Origin: an uncultured virus (IMG/VR IMGVR_UViG_3300043470_001272)
Lineage: Duplodnaviria > Heunggongvirae > Uroviricota > Caudoviricetes
Reading direction: 5' to 3' (one strand)
Length of the DNA: 64,000 nt
IMG/VR virus record: IMGVR_UViG_3300043470_001272
A model generated the notes under the pieces. That model searched no databases, was not told where the DNA came from, and worked only from the letters and a program-made list of their open reading frames with translations. Positions 8,854-20,001 of the stretch are shown piece after piece (positions within the stretch are counted from its first letter, which is position 1; each line of letters starts with the position of its first letter). The position numbers and the translations under genes were made by a program.

Positions 8854-9030
8854 ATGGACAAAAGACAAATAGAAAAATACTTAGAGAATAGAGGAATGAA
8901 ACCAAAAGCTAGACTTGAAAAGAATGGTGGTGGTCAGTATTTAGATAATTTCTTAATTGAGTTTGCTCAAGATATTAAAGAAAAAACTATTAATGATGCT
9001 GTAACTACATTAAAAAGAATGATATTTTAA
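8854..9030 (+). CDS. 58-aa hypothetical protein (not in the ORF track)
   Basis: MDKRQIEKYLENRG...TLKRMIF* lies between two junction repeats. Confidence 0.65.
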   Translation: MDKRQIEKYLENRGMKPKARLEKNGGGQYLDNFLIEFAQDIKEKTINDAVTTLKRMIF

Positions 9031-9050
9031 TTTAAATCAGAATAATATAT

Positions 9051-9329
9051 ATGCTACTTAGAGATACAGAACTAATAGGTAAGAAGCTTGTAAAGTATGG
9101 ATTTTCTAGATCAAATACTGATAATCAAAATTACATTTTTACTTCTTATCCAAATGTAATGACAGTACATTTTGTTAGATATAGTGGTATATGGCTTGCA
9201 AATTTTGTTCACTATATAGATATTAATACTATAGTTAAATGTGATGGTCATGAAGCTGTATTTACTCCAGAGTGGGTAGTAGAAGAACATGAGAAATTAC
9301 AAGCAATGTTTAAATTTGCAAGATTATGA
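9051..9329 (+). CDS. hypothetical protein
   Basis: 92-aa ORF. Confidence 0.7.
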   Translation: MLLRDTELIGKKLVKYGFSRSNTDNQNYIFTSYPNVMTVHFVRYSGIWLANFVHYIDINTIVKCDGHEAVFTPEWVVEEHEKLQAMFKFARL

Positions 9330-9736
9330 CAAAGAAAGAGAAAAATGATTTAGGTAAATTTTGTAAACAAATCTGTAATGATCATTATGAACTTTTAAAG
9401 GATGTAAATAGTAATATGAGTTATACTTTTAACTTATATGCTAATGGTTCTTATAATGGTCAATACAAGAAATTTATGTTTTATGCTGAGTTAAAACTTA
9501 ATAAAGTATTAGGTTTAATTACTGCTGAAGAAGTAGAAAATGCATATAATATGATTATGTCTTCAGATGAAGATAACTTTTATATAGCTTATCAAATTAT
9601 AAAACACTTTCTTAAAGAAAGACATAAAAAGTTTGGAGCTATCATGGATTATAAAGGTTATGACTATGCTAGAAATAATTACACAGAAGAAATCTTAAAT
9701 CCAGAAGACTTCTTAACTAAATTACTAAACCGATGA
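9326..9736 (+). CDS. hypothetical protein with MxxSSDxDN motif
   Basis: 136-aa ORF; motif shared with the 20002 and 23136 genes. Confidence 0.7.
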   Translation: MTKKEKNDLGKFCKQICNDHYELLKDVNSNMSYTFNLYANGSYNGQYKKFMFYAELKLNKVLGLITAEEVENAYNMIMSSDEDNFYIAYQIIKHFLKERHKKFGAIMDYKGYDYARNNYTEEILNPEDFLTKLLNR

Positions 9737-9984
9737 CAGAACAAGAATTAATTGAATTAGGCTTTGAAAAAGCATCTGTTACAGATGATGAAAGCCAGAA
9801 TGGATATGATTACTACTACTACCATAAAGAAGTTTGTGATAATATAGTTTTACATAGTGTAGATAGTGCAGAAGTTAAAGATGATGACTGGTATTTAAGA
9901 TGTTGGGAGATTCCGGCAATAAGAATACACAGTAAATTACATTATACTGAGTTTCTTGAAGTATTAAGTAATATAACTTGTTAA
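9733..9984 (+). CDS. hypothetical protein
   Basis: MTEQELIELGF start; 83 aa. Confidence 0.7.
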   Translation: MTEQELIELGFEKASVTDDESQNGYDYYYYHKEVCDNIVLHSVDSAEVKDDDWYLRCWEIPAIRIHSKLHYTEFLEVLSNITC

Positions 9985-9985
9985 T

Positions 9986-10339
9986 ATGCTATCAATTAAA
10001 CTAATAAAAAAAGATGGTAAGCTAGGTTATTTAGATGAAAAATCTAAATTAGCTTATATGATCTATGCTGATAAATTAGCAGAAGGTCAAATGGTAGAAA
10101 TGTATTTAGATTTTGCAGATGCAGATCATAGTAAAGCACAACTTGCAAAAGTACATGCTTGTATTAGAGAGTTAGCTAAAGAATCCGGCTATACTTTTGA
10201 TGAAATGAAATTAGTAATAAAACAAGCTTCTGGATTAGAAGGTAAATCTTTTGCAGATTGTAGTAAAGATGAATTAATGCTAGCTATTCAAGCTTGCATA
10301 CAAATTGGTAAAGAAAACTATAATTTTAATCTAGGGTAG
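9986..10339 (+). CDS. NinB/Orf-like recombination accessory protein
   Basis: S.AQ.AK.HA.IRELA..SGYT.DEMK and SFADCSK.E...AI resemble the NinB family. Confidence 0.55.
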   Translation: MLSIKLIKKDGKLGYLDEKSKLAYMIYADKLAEGQMVEMYLDFADADHSKAQLAKVHACIRELAKESGYTFDEMKLVIKQASGLEGKSFADCSKDELMLAIQACIQIGKENYNFNLG

Positions 10340-10637
10340 GAGCAACATAACCTTCATCTCCTGGTTGAAGAATTTCTTTTTCTTCAAATAAATTATTATT
10401 TTTAGCCTCTTTTTCAATTTCAGCAAGTAAAAGACCAATAGTATAAAAAGATCTTTGACCTTCATCAAGGTCTTTGTATTCCTTAGTCATAGCTTCTTTT
10501 AAATATTGTTCTTTATCTGTACTATCAATTGTTTTAAACAAATGAAATAATACAGCTTTAGTCATTAGATAGTATGACTTATTTACTTTGATGTCTACAA
10601 TAGCATCATCTTTTAATTCTTTTACTTTAACTGGCAT
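10326..10637 (-). CDS. hypothetical protein; lone antisense gene
   Basis: 103-aa ORF filling the gap, with no competing + strand ORF. Confidence 0.75.
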   Translation of the reverse strand: MPVKVKELKDDAIVDIKVNKSYYLMTKAVLFHLFKTIDSTDKEQYLKEAMTKEYKDLDEGQRSFYTIGLLLAEIEKEAKNNNLFEEKEILQPGDEGYVAPTLD

Positions 10638-10653
10638 TGTTGTTAGTTTTTAA

Positions 10654-10661
10654 CAAAAATA
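10654..10661 (-). promoter_or_regulatory. Bacteroidota -7 element for the antisense gene
   Basis: Minus strand reads TATTTTTG, an exact TAnnTTTG match, 16 nt upstream of the ATG. Confidence 0.5.
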
Positions 10662-10669
10662 GAAAAAAT

Positions 10670-11383
10670 ATGAATCAAAAAATAGATCTTGAAGAGATTA
10701 AACAAAAATTGTTTACCATTTTAGAGCCTTCAGGTTGGGGTCAAGTTCTTAAACCTTTTATATTTAGTGGTGATTTTGATAATATATTAGCACAACTTGT
10801 AAAATTGTCCAATGAAGGTAAAAGATTTACTCCTACACTTAAGCAATTGTTTAAAGCTTTTATTGAATGTCCATATAATGAACTTAAAGTAGTTGTATTA
10901 GGACAAGATCCTTACAAAGAACTTGAAGTAGCAGATGGACTTGCTTTTAGTTGTGGTAATACTAAAAAAGCACAACCTAGTTTAAATTTTATACTAGAAG
11001 AAATTAATAGAACTGTTTATAACGGTCATCCTGGAAGTTTAGATCCAGATTTAACTAGATGGGCTAATCAAGGAATACTTTTATTAAATACAGCTCTTAC
11101 TACTGAAGTAGGGAAAGTAGGTCAACATTATGAAATCTGGAAACCCTTTTTAGCATATTTACTAGATCATCTGAATTGCAAACAAACAGGTCTTGTATAT
11201 ATTTATATGGGAAAACAAGCTCAAGAATGGTCTGATTCAACAAGTGAGAATAATTTTAAGTTTATGATTAGTCATCCTGCAAGTGCTGCTTATAGAAAAT
11301 TACCTAGATGGGATTCTGATAATGTATTTGTAAAAACTAGAGAAATAATTGATAAACAGTTTAACTATTCAATACATTGGTAA
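10670..11383 (+). CDS. ung: uracil-DNA glycosylase, family 1
   Basis: GQDPY, GLAFS, PSL, LLLNT and HPASA motifs; likely start is ATG 10670. Confidence 0.95.
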   Translation: MNQKIDLEEIKQKLFTILEPSGWGQVLKPFIFSGDFDNILAQLVKLSNEGKRFTPTLKQLFKAFIECPYNELKVVVLGQDPYKELEVADGLAFSCGNTKKAQPSLNFILEEINRTVYNGHPGSLDPDLTRWANQGILLLNTALTTEVGKVGQHYEIWKPFLAYLLDHLNCKQTGLVYIYMGKQAQEWSDSTSENNFKFMISHPASAAYRKLPRWDSDNVFVKTREIIDKQFNYSIHW

Positions 11384-11974
11384 ATGACAGACATATTTAA
11401 TAAACTTACAGAAGCAGATTTAACTCCTAATACATACTATGTATTGTATTGTATTAAAGAGAACATAATTCCTGCTTCTTTTGTAAATAAAGATCTTGAA
11501 TGTAAAAGATTACAAACAGGTGGTTGGTTAAAAGATAACTTGCAACTTACTACAAAAAGTTTTATCTTTATACAAGAAATCAACAGTTTCTTTAAGAAAA
11601 CCAAGCCTAAAACAGCAACAGATTTAATGGGTTCAAACTTTAGTGATAAAATAAAGGAGTATCTAGAAATATTTCCTAATAGGAAACTACCCTCTGGAAA
11701 ATATGCTAGAGTAAATCCTAAAAATCTTGAAGCTGGGTTTAAATGGTTTTTTGAAAATTATGATTATGATTGGAATACTATACTAAAAGCTACTGAAAAG
11801 TATGTTGATGAATTTAGTGTTAGAAATTATGAATATATGAGAAATTCACAGTATTTTATTAGAAAACAAGGAGTAGATAAATCTCTGGAATCAGATCTAG
11901 CAACATATTGTGATTTACTCAAATCTAATCCTGATGGGGAAGGGACCTCTTATTTTAAAGAAAGAGTTGTATGA
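11384..11974 (+). CDS. putative replication initiation/helicase-loader-like protein
   Basis: Lies before the dnaB-like gene; Y.E.FP...K and F.....YD...I.KAT..YV patterns; function inferred from context. Confidence 0.45.
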   Translation: MTDIFNKLTEADLTPNTYYVLYCIKENIIPASFVNKDLECKRLQTGGWLKDNLQLTTKSFIFIQEINSFFKKTKPKTATDLMGSNFSDKIKEYLEIFPNRKLPSGKYARVNPKNLEAGFKWFFENYDYDWNTILKATEKYVDEFSVRNYEYMRNSQYFIRKQGVDKSLESDLATYCDLLKSNPDGEGTSYFKERVV

Positions 11975-12144
11975 AAGGATTACTAATCCTAATGGCTATA
12001 GTAGGTAGCTTATTTGCGTATACAGTAATAGATTTATTTATTATTGAGATGCCTATTGGTAAATTTTTACTAATTGAATTGATAATTAGTGTTTTGCATG
12101 AGTTATATAACTATGCAAAAAATAGAATGCTTTTAAATCTATAA
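11971..12144 (+). CDS. 57-aa membrane protein (not in the ORF track)
   Basis: MKGLLILMAIVGSLFAYTVIDLFII...RMLLNL*; ATGA overlap with the upstream gene. Confidence 0.65.
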   Translation: MKGLLILMAIVGSLFAYTVIDLFIIEMPIGKFLLIELIISVLHELYNYAKNRMLLNL

Positions 12145-12148
12145 CAAA

Positions 12149-13150
12149 ATGTCAGAATTATTTAATGGTGCCAGACCGTTATTACCTGTAAGTGAGAGAG
12201 AAGCTTTAAGAAAAGCTATTCTAAAAATCAAAGCTAGAAGACAGGGAGAGTTACAGTCACTAAAGAGTGCATGGCCTAAGTTCAATGATGCTTTTTGTGA
12301 TGGATTAGAATGGAGAACTATCACCATAGTAGGTGCTAGACCTGGAACTGGTAAAACTTTATTCATGGAACAGCTGATTAGTGATATTATAGATCACAAT
12401 CCTGAACAAGAATTTAGAATACTTAAGTTCCAGATGGAAATGGTTGATGAAACCAGTGGAGTAAGAAAACTAAGTCTGAATACAAGTTCTGATTACAATA
12501 CATTAATGAGTAAGGGTGGAAATCTTGTTGACAAGAGTGTTTATGACAAATGTGTGGATTACTATAATAAATCATCTAATAATGATTTTATTAATGTAGT
12601 TTATGATGCTTGTACAGTAGATGAAATGTGTGCCACAATCCATTATGAAATGGAAAGATACAAAAAAGAAGATGGTACTTACACTAATATGCTTGTAGGC
12701 ATTGACCATTCAGCTCTGTTTAGAGTAGGTAGAGGACAAAAGGATAAATTTGAGATGCTTAATTCTCTTGGAGAAGCTCTTACTATGATGAAAAAGAAAT
12801 ATCCTGTAGCTTTTATAGTGCTAAGCCAACTAAACAGAAACATAGATGCTCCTGACAGACAAAGAGATGGTGAGTATGGAAATTATGTATTAGATTCTGA
12901 TATCTATGGGTCTGATGCTTTATTGCAACATGCTGATGTAGTTATGGGTATTAATAAGCCTTCTATTAGAAAGATTAGACAGTATGGTCCTGAAAGATTT
13001 TTAATTAATGATGAAGATATTCTTGTCTTTCACTTCTTAAAATCTAGAAATGGTACCACAAGGATAAGTTTCTTTAAACTTGATAGAACAACTATGAGGA
13101 TTGTTGAAATAGATACACCAGCTCAAGCAACAAAGAAAATATCAATTTAA
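12149..13150 (+). CDS. dnaB: DnaB-like replicative helicase (ATPase domain only)
   Basis: GARPGTGKT, EM, IDH, LSQLNR, QHADVV and KSRNG motifs. Confidence 0.9.
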   Translation: MSELFNGARPLLPVSEREALRKAILKIKARRQGELQSLKSAWPKFNDAFCDGLEWRTITIVGARPGTGKTLFMEQLISDIIDHNPEQEFRILKFQMEMVDETSGVRKLSLNTSSDYNTLMSKGGNLVDKSVYDKCVDYYNKSSNNDFINVVYDACTVDEMCATIHYEMERYKKEDGTYTNMLVGIDHSALFRVGRGQKDKFEMLNSLGEALTMMKKKYPVAFIVLSQLNRNIDAPDRQRDGEYGNYVLDSDIYGSDALLQHADVVMGINKPSIRKIRQYGPERFLINDEDILVFHFLKSRNGTTRISFFKLDRTTMRIVEIDTPAQATKKISI

Positions 13151-13160
13151 AGTAAAAATT

Positions 13161-13843
13161 ATGAGTATTAGAAAAGAAAAAGAAAAAGAGTTTTTTGTTA
13201 CACATATGCCAACATTCTTAAAGTTGGGTTTAGCAGATCCTCAATTTGTTATTAAAACTGCTTTTTTCCAAAAAGGAAAATATGGTAGACAAGTTCAGTT
13301 CTTTGAGTCAGAAATTGGTAAAGGTGAAGATGTTTATGTTGAATTTTATGACAATGTAAATGATCAGTCAGGTAAAATGATTGATATTAAACCATTTACA
13401 GAAGACAGACAATTGTTTAAGTATAAATACAATCCATTTTATGCTGAAGAACTAGAACTGAAAGAAGGAACTACAAGCAAAGGAGAACCCTATGTTATGT
13501 ATACAGTTCCTGTATCAGAATTAACTGCTGTATTATCAAATGGTACAGAGGTTACTTATGCTGCTTATGAAAAAATGAAAGAAAGATCTCAACTAGAGAT
13601 TCCAAAAGAACAAAGTTCATTATTTCCTGATTTTGAAAAAGAATATATAAAACCTAAAGAGGTTGATGTACCTAGTTTTAAAGTAAGTGAAACAGTGGCT
13701 CCTGTTAAACATGTAAGTGTTGATCCTATGGATACTACACTTAATGATATTACTCTTAGAGATTTAGCAGCAATGTTATTCTTAACTCCTATTAGTAAAA
13801 ATCCTGAGTTAAATGAATTAATAATAAAAGCAAAAAATAATCT

Positions 13844-13847
<4 letters not shown>
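13161..13847 (+). CDS. hypothetical protein in the replication module
   Basis: 228-aa ORF. Confidence 0.75.
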
Positions 13848-15405
<1,558 letters not shown>

Positions 15406-15417
15406 AAATAAAATAAA

Positions 15418-16095
15418 ATGTCATTAAGTACAAAAGATTTAGCAAGTGGTAATGGATTACCAAAAACAATTTCTCCAGGAAATCTTAAATTAAAAATTAA
15501 TAGCTTAGAGCTTGAGGATTTTTCTTTTATTCCTGGTGCAATGCACTTATTATTACATACTGAAACAGAACCAATTGAAGGTTTTGATGGGTTTATGATT
15601 GATAAAGATGATGCAAGTAAAGGTCACTATGCTGGTCAAATAGGTAAAGTAAAAGCAAGTCAATATGCTTTTGCAGATGGTGAAACTAAATCTGGTATAA
15701 AAATTCAAAGAGATAAATCTTTATTGATTTTCTTGAAAACATTATCTAGTAACTTAGGAATCAGTGAATGGTTTGAAAGTCAAGATGGTAAACATGAAAC
15801 AATTGAAGATTTTGTAGCTGCTTTCAACAAAACGGCTCCATTTAAAGATATCTATCTTGAATATTGTATTGCAGGTAAAGAATATGTTGGTAAAACAGGT
15901 TATACAAACTATGATATGTATTTACCTAAAGCTGACAAAGGTAAGTATGCATTTGGAAAAGATTCTTCTAAAGTTATTACTTATGTTGAAGCATTACATG
16001 TAAAAAAGACAGAAACTAAAGAAGTTAAAAACTTTGGTGATGATGATGATTTATCTGTACCAAATAAAACTTCTACTGATTTTAGCTTAGACTAA
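15418..16095 (+). CDS. putative single-stranded DNA-binding protein
   Basis: Follows the Sak4-like gene; acidic C-terminal tail (DDDDLS...DFSLD). Confidence 0.55.
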   Translation: MSLSTKDLASGNGLPKTISPGNLKLKINSLELEDFSFIPGAMHLLLHTETEPIEGFDGFMIDKDDASKGHYAGQIGKVKASQYAFADGETKSGIKIQRDKSLLIFLKTLSSNLGISEWFESQDGKHETIEDFVAAFNKTAPFKDIYLEYCIAGKEYVGKTGYTNYDMYLPKADKGKYAFGKDSSKVITYVEALHVKKTETKEVKNFGDDDDLSVPNKTSTDFSLD

Positions 16096-16109
16096 TAGTT
16101 ATAGTCTAA

Positions 16110-16142
16110 GGGAGTCAGGTGTAATGTCTGGCTCCCTTTTTT
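16110..16142 (+). terminator. intrinsic terminator
   Basis: GGGAGTCAG...CTGGCTCCC stem followed by TTTTTT. Confidence 0.85.
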
Positions 16143-16155
16143 AATTCTTAAAATT

Positions 16156-17136
16156 ATGATTTCAACTAAAAACATAGTTAATGATTTAAACTGCATACCT
16201 AGAGAATGGGTATTTGAGCACTATTTGAATTTAAAAGAAAGACTATCTGGTCAAAATATTAAAATGTTATCTGTATTTAATTCTTCTGATAAAGCACCAT
16301 CAATGTTTATATATTATGATGCTGTAGCAAAGTATTATAAGTTTAAAGACTTCTCATCTGGTTATAGTGGAGATCAGATTAGATTAGTAGAACTTATGTT
16401 TAACTTATCTAGATCTCATGCTGTAGTTAAAGTAATGAGAGACTATGAAGATTATGTAAACTTAAATGGTAATGTTAAACTACCTGAGTTTAAAATACAT
16501 GATAAGTATAAAGTTACTGATTTTGAAATGAGAAGCTGGAATACTTTAGATGAAAAGTATTGGTCTGGTTATAAAATTGGATCTAAAATTCTAGAAAGAT
16601 ATAATGTAGTACCTCTTAAGTTTTTTACTATGTCTAAAGAAGATTTAGATGGTAGCATAGCTTCATTTACTTTTAATAATCCATATACTTATGGTTACTT
16701 CAGAAATGATGGTAGTTTATATAAAATATATACACCAAAAAATACTGAAAAAAAGTTTATTAAAGTTGAGAATTATATTCAAGGTTTAGAACAGTTAAAT
16801 TATGATTGCAAGTATCTAATGATTACATCTTCTCTTAAGGATCTAATGAGTTTTGTTAAACTATCTATTGGTAATATTGAATGTATTGCTCCAGACAGTG
16901 AAAATACTATGATTACTTCTGCAGTATTGAAAGACTTAAAAGCAAAATATACTAAGATTATTTTATTATTTGATAATGATGATCCAGGTATTAATGCTGC
17001 TAAGAAATACAAAGACTTGTATGACTTTAATTATGTAGTTCTACCTTTAGAGAAAGATTTATCAGACTCTGTTAAAATACATGGTATAGAAAAAGTTAGA
17101 GAAGTATTATTTCCGTTATTAAAACAAACATTATGA
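16156..17136 (+). CDS. DNA primase (Toprim domain)
   Basis: FKDFSSG N-terminal motif; SSLKD, LFDNDDPG and KDLSD Toprim motifs. Confidence 0.8.
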   Translation: MISTKNIVNDLNCIPREWVFEHYLNLKERLSGQNIKMLSVFNSSDKAPSMFIYYDAVAKYYKFKDFSSGYSGDQIRLVELMFNLSRSHAVVKVMRDYEDYVNLNGNVKLPEFKIHDKYKVTDFEMRSWNTLDEKYWSGYKIGSKILERYNVVPLKFFTMSKEDLDGSIASFTFNNPYTYGYFRNDGSLYKIYTPKNTEKKFIKVENYIQGLEQLNYDCKYLMITSSLKDLMSFVKLSIGNIECIAPDSENTMITSAVLKDLKAKYTKIILLFDNDDPGINAAKKYKDLYDFNYVVLPLEKDLSDSVKIHGIEKVREVLFPLLKQTL

Positions 17137-17288
17137 AAAATCCTATGTATGATTATGTTTTTAAACATAGAATAACAAAAGCAAGATTAAGTTTTGAAAG
17201 TAGATCTATAGAAGAAGCAACAATAATACTTGCAAGAATGGTAAATAATGTTGCAGATTGGGACATGAAAAGATATAGACACAAATGA
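17133..17288 (+). CDS. 51-aa hypothetical protein (not in the ORF track)
   Basis: MKNPMYDYVFKHR...RYRHK*; ATGA overlaps at both ends. Confidence 0.6.
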   Translation: MKNPMYDYVFKHRITKARLSFESRSIEEATIILARMVNNVADWDMKRYRHK

Positions 17289-17710
17289 GTTGGATATATC
17301 AAGGTAAAGAGTTTAATGAATTGTGTATACCAGAACACGGTATTGGGTTTATCTACATTATGACTGCTATTATAGAAGGGAAATCTGTTGCCTATATTGG
17401 TAAGAAGAATTTCTTTAGTAATAAAAAGAAACCTATGGGTAAAAAAGCTTTGGCTATGTCTACAGATAAAAGACTGAAGAAATACACTAGAGAAATAAAG
17501 CCTGACTTTATTAATTACTATAGTAGTAATACAACCTTGAAAGAAGCTCACAAAGCAGGAGTTATGATTAAAAGAGAGATACTTAGAATATGTTACTCTC
17601 AAACTGAATTAACATATCAAGAAGCAAAAGCACTTTTTGTTGAAGAGGTTTTAGAAAATGATATGTATTTAAACCAAAATATTTTGGGCAAATTTTACAA
17701 AACAAAATAA
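17285..17710 (+). CDS. GIY-YIG-like nuclease
   Basis: GFIYIMT...YIGKK, later E and YLN.NI motifs. Confidence 0.7.
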   Translation: MSWIYQGKEFNELCIPEHGIGFIYIMTAIIEGKSVAYIGKKNFFSNKKKPMGKKALAMSTDKRLKKYTREIKPDFINYYSSNTTLKEAHKAGVMIKREILRICYSQTELTYQEAKALFVEEVLENDMYLNQNILGKFYKTK

Positions 17711-17712
17711 CT

Positions 17713-18174
17713 ATGAAAACAATTAAATTTATTAGCCTTAGCTTAGGATTAGCTTTGGTAATGACTTCATGTACAGAAAACTATTCTAATGGTGAACGCA
17801 TTGGAATGATAACTAAGTTCTCACAAAAAGGACTTGTATTTGATTCATGGGAAGGAACATTGAATACTACTCAAACAGGTATGAACTCTGCTCAACCATT
17901 TGAGTTCTCAGTAGATAATGATGTAAATGATCCAAAAACAATTGCTAAATTAGATTCTGCAGCTACTTATGGATGGAAAGTTAAGATCAAATATCATGAA
18001 ACATTTGGTAAAAACTGGTTTAATAATAGAGGTGAAACTAACTACTTTGTTAATGAAGTTGAAGTATTAGACAAAGATCCTATTGGGAATATGTTTGGTG
18101 ATAAAGCTACTGGATCCACTGGAGGAAGAGTAGTTGATACTATTTATGTTGTAATAGATAAATCTAGAGATTAA
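17713..18174 (+). CDS. lipoprotein
   Basis: Signal peptide ending VMTSC; YSNGER.G...KFS.KG....WEG.L motif. Confidence 0.75.
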   Translation: MKTIKFISLSLGLALVMTSCTENYSNGERIGMITKFSQKGLVFDSWEGTLNTTQTGMNSAQPFEFSVDNDVNDPKTIAKLDSAATYGWKVKIKYHETFGKNWFNNRGETNYFVNEVEVLDKDPIGNMFGDKATGSTGGRVVDTIYVVIDKSRD

Positions 18175-18389
18175 TGGCAACTGACAGACATATCTGGGAA
18201 GGTTGGACAGTTCAAGCATTTATTGATGAATTAGAACCAACATTTAATATGATTATAGATAATAACTCTTGGCAAAAACCATTTAAGAGTAAAGAGGAAG
18301 TGAAAGCTTGGTGTAAGGATAATCAACCTTACTACAAAAAACACATTCCTGAAGTAGCAAAATATTTTATTCAAAAAGCAAAATTATGA
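18174..18389 (+). CDS. hypothetical protein
   Basis: 71-aa coupled ORF. Confidence 0.7.
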   Translation: MATDRHIWEGWTVQAFIDELEPTFNMIIDNNSWQKPFKSKEEVKAWCKDNQPYYKKHIPEVAKYFIQKAKL

Positions 18390-18805
18390 CAGAAAATGAA
18401 ATGACAGGCCTTCTACTTAAGTTGGCTGATCTTGGTATTACTGGTATTAATGTATATTACAGTGGTGGAGGAGATGATGGTGCTATTGAAACCATTGTTT
18501 ATACTAAAGAAAAACTAAGTAATGATGAAGAAGCTTTTGAAACAATAGCATCACTTGATACTTGGGGAGAAACCGCACTTAACTTAAATAATTTAGACTC
18601 TGGTTTATATAGTCTTATAGAAGACTTTGCACAAGATAAACTTTTAAATGATATTGAAGATTGGTGGAATGATCAAGGTGGTTATGGTAGTTTATGTATA
18701 TGTATTCCTTCAGGAAAATACATTATTAATAATCATATAAATATTACTCACACTGAAGATTATACTCATGAAGGTAGTTTATTAAATAAAACAGAAAATG
18801 ACTGA
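18386..18805 (+). CDS. DUF6878-like protein
   Basis: YSGGGDDGAIE and DWWNDQGGYG motifs. Confidence 0.6.
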   Translation: MTENEMTGLLLKLADLGITGINVYYSGGGDDGAIETIVYTKEKLSNDEEAFETIASLDTWGETALNLNNLDSGLYSLIEDFAQDKLLNDIEDWWNDQGGYGSLCICIPSGKYIINNHINITHTEDYTHEGSLLNKTEND

Positions 18806-18983
18806 AGAAAAAAAAGCAGATGAACTGTATAATTATGCACGTGTTCTACATGGAACTGAAAAAGCTAAAGAAGAAGCTTTAAATACAGCTAAAGCAACAT
18901 ATGCTTTAGCACCATTTAGAGATGGTAGAATGAAAGCTAGAAGTTACTGGGAAAGAGTTATTGAATATTTAAAAAAGAAATAA
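18798..18983 (+). CDS. hypothetical protein
   Basis: 61 aa, ends YWERVIEYL. Confidence 0.65.
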   Translation: MTEEKKADELYNYARVLHGTEKAKEEALNTAKATYALAPFRDGRMKARSYWERVIEYLKKK

Positions 18984-19165
18984 TGGAAGATTTTGAAGAT
19001 TGGTTAATAGATGAGTTAGAGACTCAAACATTAACAGATGAGTTAAAAGATATGATACTTGAAAGAGTTAGAGAATTACGTGAAGATGCTCAAAGTGAAG
19101 GATATAGTGAAGGTTATTCTGAAGCAAAATATGAGATTATTGATCATATAACATACAAAATGTAA
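18983..19165 (+). CDS. small acidic hypothetical protein
   Basis: 60 aa; EGYSEGYSE. Confidence 0.65.
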   Translation: MEDFEDWLIDELETQTLTDELKDMILERVRELREDAQSEGYSEGYSEAKYEIIDHITYKM

Positions 19166-19512
19166 TGGCACATCCTTTAGAGCATTGTAAAACATCTGTC
19201 AGAAAATGGAAAGGTCAAGTATCTGATTATCAGGCTATTCATGAATGGCTAGATGAAACTAAAGCCTGGATTGGTCATAGTATGCATAGAATGTTCCGTC
19301 ACCATAGTGAAGGTATATTTGAATGTGAAAGAGTATTTGGAAAAAGTTTCATAAATTCTGATGGTAAAACTGTATATACAAGATATGTTGCAGAACAACA
19401 TGTTAAAGAGGATTGCAACAATTACATTCCAACAGCAAAGGAATGGGTAGATATGATTGCAAGTGGTAAACCTGAAAAATGGGCTATAAAAACTTTAAAA
19501 ATTGAAGACTAA
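19165..19512 (+). CDS. DUF6915-like His-rich protein
   Basis: HP..H..SV.KW.G...Y..IH.W.D..K...HR..RHH.EG and EQHVKED motifs. Confidence 0.65.
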   Translation: MAHPLEHCKTSVRKWKGQVSDYQAIHEWLDETKAWIGHSMHRMFRHHSEGIFECERVFGKSFINSDGKTVYTRYVAEQHVKEDCNNYIPTAKEWVDMIASGKPEKWAIKTLKIED

Positions 19513-19703
19513 TGGATAGAGTAGAACAAATTAAAGAAAAAGTAGAAGCTTTAGTTAATGAAGCTATAGACCTTTTAGAATCTAATTATGATATAGAAAA
19601 TGCTAAGTTTAATAATCCAGCATACATGACTATGATGGATTTAAACAGTGCCTTAATGGAACTAGATTGTTTAGATGATGAAGACTTAAAAACTGAAGAC
19701 TGA
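19512..19703 (+). CDS. hypothetical protein
   Basis: 63-aa coupled ORF. Confidence 0.65.
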   Translation: MDRVEQIKEKVEALVNEAIDLLESNYDIENAKFNNPAYMTMMDLNSALMELDCLDDEDLKTED

Positions 19704-19990
19704 TGGAAAAAATAACACATGAAAGTTTGTTAGAAAATGACTGGAAATGTTCTGATGTAAAAAATCAAAAATATAACCATGCTTTTTATCCAGATATAAT
19801 ATTATTTCTGACTAAGGATTATGGTATTGATAACAACTATATGATAAAATTATTATCAGCTCCGGATATTGGAGAAACTGTAAGTTTAAATATAAACTGT
19901 TTAACTATTAATGATTTAAGAGGACTTGCCCATTTATTTCATAAAGTAAGTGCTGTGGGTTTAATTAAAAGACTATTGATAAATTATTAA
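19703..19990 (+). CDS. hypothetical protein
   Basis: 95-aa coupled ORF. Confidence 0.65.
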   Translation: MEKITHESLLENDWKCSDVKNQKYNHAFYPDIILFLTKDYGIDNNYMIKLLSAPDIGETVSLNINCLTINDLRGLAHLFHKVSAVGLIKRLLINY

Positions 19991-20001
19991 ATAGAAGACT
20001 G

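Larger units (their letters stand above)
8196..9045 (+). repeat. five dispersed direct copies of TAAATCAGAATAA at gene junctions
   Basis: Exact copies at 8196, 8435, 8577, 8840 and 9033, each followed within 1-5 nt by an ATG. Confidence 0.9.

Noticed and set aside
8196..9045. CRISPR array interpretation of the 13-bp repeats
   Set aside because: The repeats are too short, spacing is irregular (142-263 nt), the spacers are whole genes, and no cas genes are present
16087..16109. Hairpin TTAGACTA...TAGTCTAA over the ssb-like stop codon as an attenuator
   Set aside because: The stem is AT-rich and adjoins rather than overlaps the terminator stem; there is no evidence of switching
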